From the NCBI RefSeq assembly GCF_009914755.1, contig NC_060926.1: a DNA stretch of 64,000 bases; one strand, 5' to 3'. This document shows, piece by piece, positions 52,541 to 64,000 of the stretch. Position 1 is the first letter of the stretch. The number at the start of each line of letters is the position of its first letter. A program made the translations under genes and the position numbers. This stretch comes from the human T2T-CHM13v2.0 reference genome, Homo sapiens. The notes beneath the pieces were generated by a model. It was not told the DNA's origin. It ran no database searches and was given only the letters and a program-made list of their open reading frames with translations.

Positions 52541-55391
52541 TTTACAGCAGTTGTTGTTTGACTTCCTGGACTGGTTAATAGAGATAGTGGTCTGACTTCC
52601 TGCAAGTCTGATTTATAGATAGTAGTTTAACCTCTTGGGCTTGTTCCTGTAGATAATGAGTTGGCTTCTGGGCTGGTTGCTGCAATTTGTGGGTCAGAGT
52701 TGTATTTTTATATATGTCTATTTGTATATTCAGTTTTTCAATTTTATTACCCGTAAATGCAAATCTAGTATCATTTGGTATACCACTTTTATTTTCAACA
52801 TAATTACATGTAAGTAACTACAGAAGCATACACACACACACACACACACACCCCCCACACACAAAGAGACACACAACTATTAAAAATGTTTTGTAAGTGA
52901 AACCTGAAATAATTTTATGCAACATCAAGCATACATCAAGAGAGATGTGTATCACGCTTTTGAAAAAACTAAATTGTTGGTACTCAAGATTTATGTTAAA
53001 CTCTCAGATTATGGGGTAAACAGTATTTCCTAAATCAAATATTGAGTGTATTTCCATTGATTTTAAAAAATACTTCTGTCTTGGTGCTTCCTCATTTCCT
53101 GGGAGGATTAGCGTGCCACATCACTAACTTATTTTTCAGTGAGAATTGTTGTGAGAGGATTTGTTTTAACTGATTGATGTTAGTTTCCCTAAGATCTTGG
53201 AGGTTTTGACGCAGTGGTGAAATGGGTTGGATTAATGCTTTGGGAAGCCAGAGAGATGGCCTCGGGGCATTGAGTATTGGAGGAGAGGAAAAAAAGGGGG
53301 ACCACGAAGATGAATGGGTGTCAAAGACACATTTTTTACAGGCTGTGGGCACTCAAAGCCACATTCTTTGGGCCATATTCTTCAAGCTAGTAAAGAAATT
53401 ATCACTTTTACCAGCCCTGTTTTGCCTGACATTCACAAACACTCCTTTTGTATATGTACATATAATGTGCTTATTCATTTAGTTTAATGTCATTTTGTGC
53501 TTATCTTTCGTGGTTGACTGTGAAATCCTTGAGGGTAGCTATAATTCATCTTATACATGCTTGAACTCCCACCTATAAGTTCTGAGTTTGCCAAATAGCA
53601 GATGCTCAAAAAATGTCAACTAAAAAAAATTAGCAAACAAATCTTCAGGGCCTTTGCATATTTACCCAAAATATTGTGGTTGCAGTTCTTGAGCCTGGTG
53701 AAAGTAATGGCTAGCAGTGTCTGTGTCATTCACCCCAGGGAATTTCCCACTCAAGTAGGCCCCTATTACGCGTTTGATGATCAGATGAAAAGAAAGTGAG
53801 GAGGGTCAGCTGTTTGACTCCACAGTGTCGAAGCTCATGATTTAACATTATGCTTTGTGGACATTTGGCCAAAGTGTAACACATTCTGTGCTCTCTGCCT
53901 GATGAACAGCCCCACTCTGCAGTTGTGAAGTTTGCTTTTGTAAAGATAAGAAACAAGGCATTTGATGGAGGATTTAGGGAAAGATTGCCAGTACCCACAG
54001 TAGTATAGCTTGGCCCTTTTTCATCCATCTCACTTTCACTCTTCAGAACAAAAAGGATGCTCCCGTACTTTCATTTTCTCTAGATATTCCTATTTCTGAT
54101 GGTCAGGATTGTCACATTAACTGTATGTTTTGAGTATCCTAAATATGTATATTTCTCTAAGAATGTGAGATGAATCTAATTTAACAGATAATTTTAAGTG
54201 GTTTATGTATGCCCATATGAAAATTATTATTTTAAGAGATTCTCTCAAAAAGCACAAATTTAAATGTTCACAAACTTAATAATGTAAGAAAAATTCCACC
54301 AAAATGACCATCTGAATTGTCGAGGGAGACATTTGTGTTATCCTTGCTTATCTTAGCCTATCAAGGTTCAGAAGCAGTAATTAAAAAAATAAATTAGACA
54401 TAGATATAGGCTGAACCAAATGTGCCAACTTGCTGGTTAGGAATGTGTTTTACAACCTGAAAAATACCAAAAGCAGCATTATAAATTACAGAAAACCTGT
54501 TTTTTTTTTCTTCGAAAGATATTTGGTTACAATACTTGTTATGATGTCTGCAATTTACTCCAAAATACTTTAGCATAGTAATGTGATTTTGGGTTTAAGT
54601 TAGTTTAGGCTATGTTCTAAGGGCAGGGGAAGTGAGTTAACATTTAATAGAAATGACCACTCCATAAATGGCTACTACAAGCACTGCAACTACCTTTGGT
54701 CAACATTAGACATTTTCCTAACAAGTGTTACGAATGCTAGAAATCAGTTTTCGTAGGGGGAATTAATATCTAGTTAATCGGCATAATGGGTTGACCAATT
54801 AGTCCCTCATTAGAGAAATTAGTGGTACTTAGGATTGTGTGACTTGGCTAAAATATTTTAGAGACAATTGCCACTATTGCATGAAGAAGGTATAAGAAAA
54901 CTGCCAAGCCTTATAGCCCTGGGCATGGTACTTGAGGCTGATCTTTACATAGTTTGTGTCCAGCCATTGGGTCAGAGAGTTCTGTAGCCTGATACTGATG
55001 ATAGGGCTAACCAAATCCTGCCACTGGAATCACATCTGCCTTGAGTGAACTTTCATGCAAGATGATGATGAAGCACCTAAAAAGACAGAGAACTGAACTT
55101 CATTAAGTTTACAGCACAGACTGTAAAAAGTTTTGCCCCTATTTTGCTAATCAATGTTGTTTAGTCAAAGCTTATAATATGGCAAAATTTGGCCTGAGGT
55201 TTTCTTTCATCAAAACTAGATTAGTGAGGTGGTTGTGATATAACTATACTTTGCCTACCTAGACTTTTTGTAGACTACTCTCACCTATCATGAAGAACCT
55301 AAAAGTTGTTCGTGACGAAATAAGTGACCCCTTCGAAACAATTTTTTTTCTTTTATACTCAGTTTTGCTGTGCTGTAATCCCCAAATCCCT

Positions 55392-55798
55392 TGTATCATC
55401 AGGGTTCAATAGGAGAAAGAGACCCACAGGAGATATATATTAAAAGATTTATTGCAAGGAATTGGCTTGAGTGATTTTGGGGTCTGGCTAGGCAAGTCTG
55501 AAATCTGTAGGTCAGGTGGTCAGGAATTTGCAGGCTGAAACTTTCTAGCAAGGGGCGAAGCTGCTGTTCACAGGTGCAATTTCTTCTTTTTCAGAGAAGC
55601 CTCAGTTCTGCTGTTAGGCCTTTCAAGTGATTGAGTCAGGCCCACTCAGGTATCAAGGATAATCATTCTTGCTTAAAGTCAACTAGTTATGGACTTTAAT
55701 CATATCCACAAAATACCTTCACAGCAACATCTAGATTGCTGTGGGACCAAAAAACAGGGGACTGTAGCAAAGCAAAGCGACATCTCAAAAGAGCATCA
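55392..55798 (-). mobile_element. MLT2-type ERVL solo LTR
   Basis: gatttattgcaaggaattggctt..ggcaagtctgaaatctgtagg..cttaaagtcaact..aaaataccttcacagcaacatctagatt. Confidence 0.85.
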
Positions 55799-56142
55799 TA
55801 TTCTTTCTTAATTTTAAAGATAGCAAAGGCAAGCTTGGTGCCAATCATTCCTGTCCAAGCAAGATCTAATTACAAAGAGTCATTGATTGTGCTTAGTTTC
55901 AAGGGAATCTTTTTAGTCTCTTTCATCATTCTTTGTTCATATTCATGAAAATAAAAAAATAGTGTTTATAAAGCAATTACGTCACATAGCTTGTCTTAAC
56001 TTCAGTGCTTTTTTCCTCCTTGAAAAGCTGTTTGGACTTGCAAAATGGGCTTCTGCAACCCAATTCTCTGAGGCAAAAGGGCTTTTGTCTCCAAACACAT
56101 TTTCCTGAGCAGGTGCCACACTCTTCTATGTTCTCTTCAGAG

Positions 56143-56420
56143 CAGTGGCAGCATTGCAGAGTGAATAACAATGGGACAGGCATGGGACTTAGAGTCAGAG
56201 ACACTGAGCTCCAAGTCTTTCCTTATGAGCTCTGGTACCATGGGCAAATTACTCATTCTACTTGAACCTTGATTTCCGCATCTATGGCATAGAGCTCTGA
56301 TGGTACTTCCCTTCAGGAATTGTGATGATGATCGGAACAATTCCCTTCAAGAATTGTCATGGTGATAGTATTGGGAAAGTGACTGGTACATGGTAGACTC
56401 TTAACACACAACTACAATAA
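56143..56420 (+). mobile_element. MIR with a ~34-bp tandem duplication
   Basis: ccatgggcaaattactca..; ttcccttca(g/a)gaattgt(g/c)atg occurs twice. Confidence 0.7.
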
Positions 56421-57334
56421 TCATCTAACCAAAAACAGTACCCTCTATTCTACTAAATGCTCTAATCAATATTCCCTTCCCACCAAAAAAAAAAAAAAAA
56501 AAAAAAATCCCGAAGACCAGAGCGCTAAGAGGAAAAAAAGCCTTGTTAATACCTTCAATATAAATATTATCCATATAAATGTCCATGTTAAAATATTGAT
56601 AAAGACCAAAGGATATTTATTATCCAATTAGTGGTAATAAATCCTTCGTGACATCACATATTCTTTCTCCCCTCTTTGGAATTGAGGAATTTGCATTTAT
56701 TACATCTTCTAGTTTTTATTATTGGTCTTAAAAATGTCAGTCATAAAAAAATGTCTCAGAGCCTGGATTTTACCACAGCAAGCCCCTTTTACCACTGTTA
56801 CAAGTTGTCTTTTATTCACTCAGTATAACCAGATTTCTGCTAATGTTATGTATATACTACACCTTATTTTAATATTAAACATTATAAATGGGAGATAATA
56901 AAATAAGCCAGGTCTTTTATAATTGGCAAAATATAATTCCTCTTCCCCTAGAAACAGAGAGTGTCAGTATTTTTAATCTCTGACTTTATTGAGATCTAAT
57001 ATTTTGTGCTTCAGGCTCTTGAGAAATATGTACTTGAGTTCTTTGATTAGTGGCATGAAGACCGACCAATTGACAACACATTAGTGCACGCTGTGTAACA
57101 GGAATAATTTTATATCTCAAAACTTTTGAACTTGTACAAAACAAATAATGATTTCAGAAGAGTTGCCATAGTACTGGGTTTGGGAATGATTCTTTCAGAC
57201 AGGGATAGCTTGGGATAAAGTTGCATATATAAATTAGTTTTGCTGCCTCTACTCTTCCCTAATTTTCTACCTTCCTAATTGTTGTTATTATCACATAGTC
57301 CTCAAGTTAGTTATGTCTGGAAATGTCCCAGGCC

Positions 57335-57464
57335 TCACGTGCAAGCTTGGCTGTGGAAGCTTGGTTAGAGGTGGTTAAAAGTAGAGGTGAAAAGGCCATT
57401 TTAGAGGTCTTGGCAGTAATTCAGGTGCAGGATAGAGAAGAGAGATGGGCACTAATTCAACAAA
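57335..57464 (+). repeat. Local duplication C, copy 1 (pairs with 57601-57729)
   Basis: tcacgtgcaagcttggctg..ggtgcaggatagag nearly identical in both copies. Confidence 0.97.
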
Positions 57465-57600
57465 GGGGTGAAGGGGAAGGTTGTAAGCCATGAGTATAGA
57501 AGGGGAAGAGACAACACTTTAGGGATAGATAAGGGAAGAGAAACTTGTACTTTATCCTTTTGATGGAGGCTACTGAGTAATTTTAGAGTAATAGTGTTAA

Positions 57601-57729
57601 TCACGTGCAAGCTTGGCTGCGGAAGCTTGGTTAGAGGTGGTCAAGAGTAGAGGTGAAAAGGCCATTTTAGAGGTCTTGGCAGTAATTCAGGTGCAGGATA
57701 GAGGAGAGAGATATGCATTAATTAACAAA
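57601..57729 (+). repeat. Local duplication C, copy 2
   Basis: Aligns with 57335-57464. Confidence 0.97.
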
Positions 57730-59497
57730 CTCATTCATCCTTCAACAAATCCTTAATTGAGTATTTACAATGTGCCATGTATGGGGGATACTGAAGTGAA
57801 TGTGGATTGTCCCTTCACTCGTATTGCTTATAGGTCAGCGGGAAATTAGACAGAAGGGGTTCTTTTCATACTGTGTTTCCAAGTTTCTCCTTTGGGGATA
57901 CAATGAAGTATAGATGAAAGTATCTTTCTTTGGCTCAGCCCTACCAGTGTTCAAATACTGCCGCTGCCACTTTCTGCTTGAGGGGCCTTAGGCAAGTTAC
58001 TTGCCCTTATTTGTAATATGACTATAATATTAGACCACTATTTATATCTTAGGGATTTTGTAAAAATGAGAGGATATAGAATATGCAGAAGACAATAATG
58101 CTGGTTCATGCTAGTGTAATATCTCAGTTCCCAGTCCAGAACTAAAGGAAGAATGAGAAATTAGGCAGGGGCCGAGCAGATGCCGGGATGTGGGTCTACC
58201 ACATGGTATATGTAGGATTTATAACTTGCTAGGGAGGTCAACCCCCAAAACAGTGTTGCATTAAGAAAGATGTTGCCCTTTCTGCCTTGTTTCTTTCTGA
58301 GTCCTGAAATAGTAGCAATCTTGAAGGAGGGGTCAGGTATGTCCAATGTAGAAGCTGCTATAATTTCTCTGCCAGGAAATGAATTGTTCTCTCTTCTTGG
58401 TTTCTTCATTTCCAAAATTGGTGACCTTTGACTTTGGCTGTATCCAGTTCCCCTGCTGTATACAACTGCTAGACACAGGAGCCAATGAATGACTATACTT
58501 CAATTCGGGTCAGAAAGTTGAGTTCATGGAGACAGGGGTCTAGTATTAGGAAAATATAAAGTGGAAAAAATAATGCAGAAAAGATCAATGGCTAGAGAAG
58601 AGGAAATGATGAGAGAATAACATCCATTTGGGGAAAGGGCCTTGGACTGGCCACTATTTCTCAGCATTTTACATATCAAAGGCTCAACAATTGATGATTG
58701 TCAATTCACACTTTTGAGGCAGTAGAATGATCTCAGCATTAGCAGAATGAGAAGCGACTGAACACAAAATGGTCTGCAGGTGAGTAGTGCCCATCTGACA
58801 AATGCCTGTGGCCTGAGGACTAGCCATAATTGTTGTCCTTCAAATGTGGGTCTCACATTAAAAAAAATTCTATATAAAACAATATCAGGCCTTCCACCTG
58901 AGAGTGGATAATATCTCAAAGACAGTTCTTTTTGGAGACTGCAGTACAGGAAGTCACGAATGTCTATTCCATAGTTGCCACGGCAACATCTGCCTCCTAT
59001 GACATGAAGGAAGATAGAGGTCATGTTGGTGGGCTGTTTAAATGTTGCTCTGATCATATCTTTTATTTCCGTGGGGAAAAAGAGAAGAGGGCAATAGGCA
59101 GGAAGAAAAAATAGGAAGAGAAAATACAATAAAAGAGGTAAAGGGATTTCCGTGAGTGATTTTCCAAATAGATTTTGTTATTGAAGAATTCATATGAATT
59201 TAATTGGATTTAAAGTCTAATAAGAGAATCCAAAATGAAATCTCTGACACTTGGAGGTATAATGAGTGTTCAAGTACAAGATGACGCGATGGCCTATTTT
59301 CTATGTGGAGAGGGACTTAAAAGTAGATGGTGAGGGTGAGAGAAGGAGGCCACAAAAGCAGTCACTTAAGATTTAGACCAAGTATAAGAACAGGTTTTCT
59401 TTAAATTAATACAGCTTCTTTTGATGATTTCCACCTGCTTTTTGAACCCACACTTTAGAATTACGTAAGACCTCTGTTAAAGTAGAGAATGGGATGG

Positions 59498-59850
59498 TAT
59501 CAGTCAGGCCCAGTAAGGAAAATGGAACCAAAGAGGTAGCTTAAGAGTTACAAGGGAAATTTTACAAAGGTGCTGGAAAAGCTAAAGAATAAAGGGGATA
59601 TTATGTTACATATATTTTAACACACACACGTGCTCACACATGCTCACACACACTCACATATCCTGTTGTTTCCCTTTCTTCCACTCTCTAATCCTTTGTT
59701 TTCCCGTTTTCCACCAGTGCCTCCTATTGACCAAACCTAAGAGGAAGCCAGTTGTCAATGGAGCCTGGGAAATAGTTGCATGGATCAGTTTCCTGTAACG
59801 CAGAGTAGAAGAGGGTTTTGAATGGATCTTAGAGACAAATGAAAGAGCAT
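59498..59850. mobile_element. Ancient LTR (LTR33/LTR78-like) with a CA-rich insert
   Basis: ccagtgcctcctattgaccaaaccta..ggagcctgggaaatagt..gaatggatct. Confidence 0.45.
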
Positions 59851-60210
59851 GGGAAGGTGAGAGAAGGCTGGCATTATGGACTAGTGAAAAGTCTCAAGAA
59901 TTGTAGAATATTTGAAAAGGAATGTGGATTTATTATTTGAAAGTGCATACCATATTAGACATTTTGTTTAGGGTTCTGAGGTTGTCCTAAGAAGAAAGGC
60001 CAGGACTTTGGATTTGATGCCCAGAGACTCTAGGTGCTGCTTTCTGTAGTATATAATCGATGGCATCAAAGATATCATTCAAGTTAGGGCAACCTTTTTT
60101 AGTATCAAAATGAGATTTGCCAAGATAATAAATTTGGAGAATAGAATGGATTTCTTCCCTAAATAATTAATTGTACATCTAAATTATTTCCCCCAAAAAT
60201 ACAAGTTTCA

Positions 60211-60515
<305 letters not shown>

Positions 60516-60639
60516 CTATGAGAAAAGCTAGCAATGTTAATGCCAGCTCTTTGCCAGAATCTCAGATGTCAGGGTCAGAATATCAACTTGGAGTCTAGAG
60601 TAGCATTTTTGGACAACCTATATGATCACCATCTTTATC

Positions 60640-60910
60640 CAGCCTTTCCTTAAACTGTTCTAGAGGTGGTGTCATCCTGAGGCAACGCATACCATTTTCA
60701 AACTGCTCCGTAAGCAAAGATTTCACTCTACTGAACCAAAATCTGCCTTCTGGAGTTTTCCTCCATTGGTCTGAGTTCTGCTATGTTGTGTCACACAGCA
60801 AGACTAATCCCTTTGCCCTGTGACATTCCTTCAAGTGTTAAAAGATGGAAGTCCCATCGTCCTGACCTTTTTCAGGTCAAATATCCCTAGAATCTTCACA
60901 GATTCCTTCT
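60640..60910. mobile_element. CR1/L3 fragment
   Basis: aaatctgccttc..ccattggtctgagttctgc..ctaatccct..tgacattccttcaag..caggtcaaatatccc resembles L3. Confidence 0.55.
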
Positions 60911-61417
60911 ATATAGAGTTCCATTGATGATTCTGGTTGGTTTTTCTTCTACCTCTACTATTGAGACACTAATAGATACTAGCAGATACTTAATACAAAC
61001 TTAAAGTTCACCTATTCTGTGAGGCTTTATCATGATCCCCAATTAATTAGAGGCCCAGTCCCTGATCTCTTGGGGCTGATTTGTAAGTCTATTATTTCAG
61101 CCAGCCTGGTTGTATATTGTTAGCCTTCTCCACTAGATTGTTTATGATGAGCAGGGATTGTGTCTCGACCATTTATTTTATTTTACCTTCCACAATGCTT
61201 AGGGCAATGTGTATGAGTATTAATAGTATTGTAGCAGTGTGTTGCATATAGAAGGAACACGAAAAGTAACCTATTGAAGATCCTGAACTGATGCTCTGCC
61301 ACCAATTCTTGTATCCTTCCACAGCTCTGCATCTTTCCTCATGCAGTTTCCCCTTGCCTAGACTGTTCTGTTCTTTTTATCTTTATGGAGAACTCCTTTC
61401 TTTAAGATTCAACTCAA

Positions 61418-61714
<297 letters not shown>

Positions 61715-62179
61715 TTATCCTCTCTTTCTCTGGGCTTCCCTACCCTAGAAATTTGTTATGTAGAAGGGACCTTTGGTTTTGGAGTTAGGTAGATTTATGC
61801 TTGAAGCTAGCTCAATTATCACTTGCCTTGGCCAATTTACTTAGTGTTTTTATGGCTTAGTTTAAAAAAAATATGAAGTTTAGGGTATTTACTTTGCTGA
61901 CTTCTTGAAGGGTTTAATAAGATAGTAAATATCAAGAACATTCCTGAAAGGCTGGCATATAGTGGACACTTAATATTTTTATCTCTCTATCATTATGGCA
62001 TTTATATCCTTGTATTTAAGTTTTGTGGCTGTCTACTTTTTAAATTTTAATTGAATCTTACTTTTGTATTCCTGTAATAAAGCACTGAACAGATTTATTG
62101 AATTTAATTGTTTTATATTTATTATGCAGCTACTTCTGTGATGCTGAGAAATCTATCTGATGCTATCTACATACTGATG

Positions 62180-62490
62180 CTGTCCTGTATCGTAGCCAAT
62201 AGTCACATGTAGCTAGTTATGTTTAAATTAATTAAAATTAAATAAAGCTGGTCATGGTGGTGCACACCTGTAGTCCCAACTAATTGGGAAGCTGAAGCAG
62301 GAGGGTTGCTTGAGTCTGGAAATTCAAGACCAGCCTGGGCAACATAGTGAGAAACTGTCTCTTAAAACAATATAAATACAGTTCCTCGGTCAAACAATAT
62401 TAGCCACAGGCTAGTGGCTAGTTATTGTATTGTACAGTGCAGACAGAACATATCCATCATTGCAGAAAGTTTTTTTCGGACTGAGCTGCC
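62180..62490. mobile_element. MER3/MER33-type DNA transposon containing a FLAM (62247-62375, +)
   Basis: gtagccaatagtcacatgtagcta..; agaacatatccatcattgcagaaagtt. Confidence 0.7.
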
Positions 62491-62709
62491 CTAGATTGTA
62501 ATAGTACTGCTCCAAACTCAACATAATATTACCAGCTTTGTCAGCTACTTCATCTATCATTCTAGATCTTATATTTCTAGCAATTCAAATTTTACTTTTT
62601 GGCAGTCAAATCATAACATTAATTCATATTGAACCTAAGATCAATTAAAACTCCCAGGAGTATTAATTTTTTTCTCTAGGTCCTTTCATAGTGCTTGAAA
62701 GTATAATAT

Positions 62710-62909
62710 CAAGGGTTGGCAACTTTTTCTGTCAAGGACCAGATACTAAATATTTTAGGCTTTTCATGTCCTCCAGTCTCTGTTAAAACTACTCAGTGTT
62801 GCTGAAAAACAGCCATATGTGTGAAAGCAGCCATAGACACTATGTAAAGAAATTGGCATGGCTGTGTTATTTACAAAACCAGGCTGTGGGCAGTATTTTC
62901 TGATCTCTG
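62710..62909. mobile_element. MER58A
   Basis: agggttggcaactttttctgtcaaggaccagatactaaatattttaggc..gcagccatagacactatgtaa. Confidence 0.8.
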
Positions 62910-62910
62910 G

Positions 62911-63247
62911 TGTCTTAGACCCTTTAGACTGCTATAACAAAATATCATAAACTGGGCCACTTATAAACAGCTGAGGCTTATTTCTCATAGATCTGGATGC
63001 TGAGAAGTCCAACATCAAGGTAGATTTGGTGTCTGTTGAGGGCCATTTTTTCCTTAAGTCCTTACATGATGGAAGGGGTAAGGCAGCTCTCTGGGGCCTC
63101 TTTTATGAGGGCCCTAATTCCATTCATGAGAGTTCCACTCTCATGACCTAATCACCTCTCGGAGGCTTCACCTCCAAATATTATTAGATTGGTGATTAAG
63201 TTTCAGCGTATAAATTCCGGGGGCACACAAATATTCAGACCATAGCA
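62911..63247 (-). mobile_element. MaLR solo LTR (MSTC/D-like)
   Basis: tgtcttagaccctttagactgctataacaaaata..cacaaatattcagaccatagca. Confidence 0.85.
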
Positions 63248-63489
63248 CCCGGTCTGTGTTCACAGTCTTCACTGCTTCCTACTGTGGTGACACAGTCAGT
63301 CACCCCTGCCTCTTCCCTCTTTTTTTAAGATCAAAGTAAATCTATCTCTAAGCACTCTTTTTGTCAGATTGGAGGGAATCTGATTACAGTTGGTACTGAG
63401 GGTCCCTATTCTCAAAGATTTCATAAGAATTCTGAGGCTTACATAGTTCCCAGGAAATAAGGAAATATTAAGAAGTGCTATCACAAAAT

Positions 63490-63670
63490 GCTTATCGTAT
63501 GCTAGGCATTGTTTAAGACTGTTAGACTGAATAACTCATTTAAACCTCATACCAACCTCGCTTTACTAACGAGGAAACTGAGTTAAGAAGTTTAGCAACC
63601 TGACCAAGGTCACATCACTTGTAAGTGGCGAAGCAGTAAATCAAACCTAGACAATATTCCATTATTAGTC
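63490..63670 (-). mobile_element. MIR
   Basis: aacgaggaaactgag..aacctgaccaaggtcaca. Confidence 0.75.
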
Positions 63671-63799
63671 ACTACATTATTAGTCACTTGAGCTTACTTC
63701 AAGGCAGAGCCTGTGTTCTGTCTCCCAACTTCCATTCTCTAAATTCTTTTTTAATGTGAAAACTCTTCCTCTCTTCTCCTATTGCTCCCAAAGACTGCA

Positions 63800-64000
63800 C
63801 CTCTCTCCCTTCACCCACACCCACCTCCTAAGCCCAGGATGTTAGCATAAATCTTCAATGCTTTACAAAAGACAGGGAGAGCAGTTGTCTTCTAGCAGCT
63901 TCTTCCATGCTGAACAAATCTATTCTTTTTGGCAAACCCACTGGACACAATCTCAGTAGTCTTCTACCTGTCCTCTTGGCAGCATTTGACATGATGGCCA
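63800..64000. mobile_element. L2 fragment
   Basis: ggcaaacccactggacac..ctcttggcagcatttgaca. Confidence 0.5.

Larger units (their letters stand above)
51247..52740. mobile_element. ERV-type solo LTR (family uncertain), split at 51622/52539 by an L1 insertion
   Basis: TG start (tgtgaaaataaac) and CA end (attcagtttttca); sequence style is continuous across the TSD. Confidence 0.55.

Noticed and set aside
58161-58415. 84-aa minus-strand ORF in apparently unique sequence
   Set aside because: No recognisable domain, non-ATG start and no supported splice structure.

Overview
Primate (human-like) non-coding genomic DNA, dominated by interspersed repeats: about 25 Alu/FLAM copies, L1 fragments of many ages (nearly all on the minus strand), ERV/MaLR solo LTRs (LTR8, MST, MLT1, MLT2, LTR16-like), hAT/Mariner DNA transposons (MER5, MER20B, MER45, MER53, MER58, MER119, MADE1), MIR, L2 and CR1/L3. 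No intact protein-coding gene, RNA gene or CRISPR array is supported; most longer ORFs in the track are Alu-, L1- or LTR-derived and the rest match no recognisable protein. The only host-gene-derived sequence is a processed MKRN1 (makorin-1) 3' fragment (~38965-39636, minus). It lies inside a single TSD-bounded L1PB-type element (36028-41426), where it replaces ORF1 and most of the endonuclease domain. This is a candidate chimeric, non-autonomous L1-MKRN1 retroelement and the best lead in the window. Other notable items are a pure (CG)10 tract, three short template-switch scars, a probable L1 3' transduction and three local non-tandem duplications. Subfamily names come from recalled consensus sequences and boundaries are approximate; both need RepeatMasker/Dfam confirmation.
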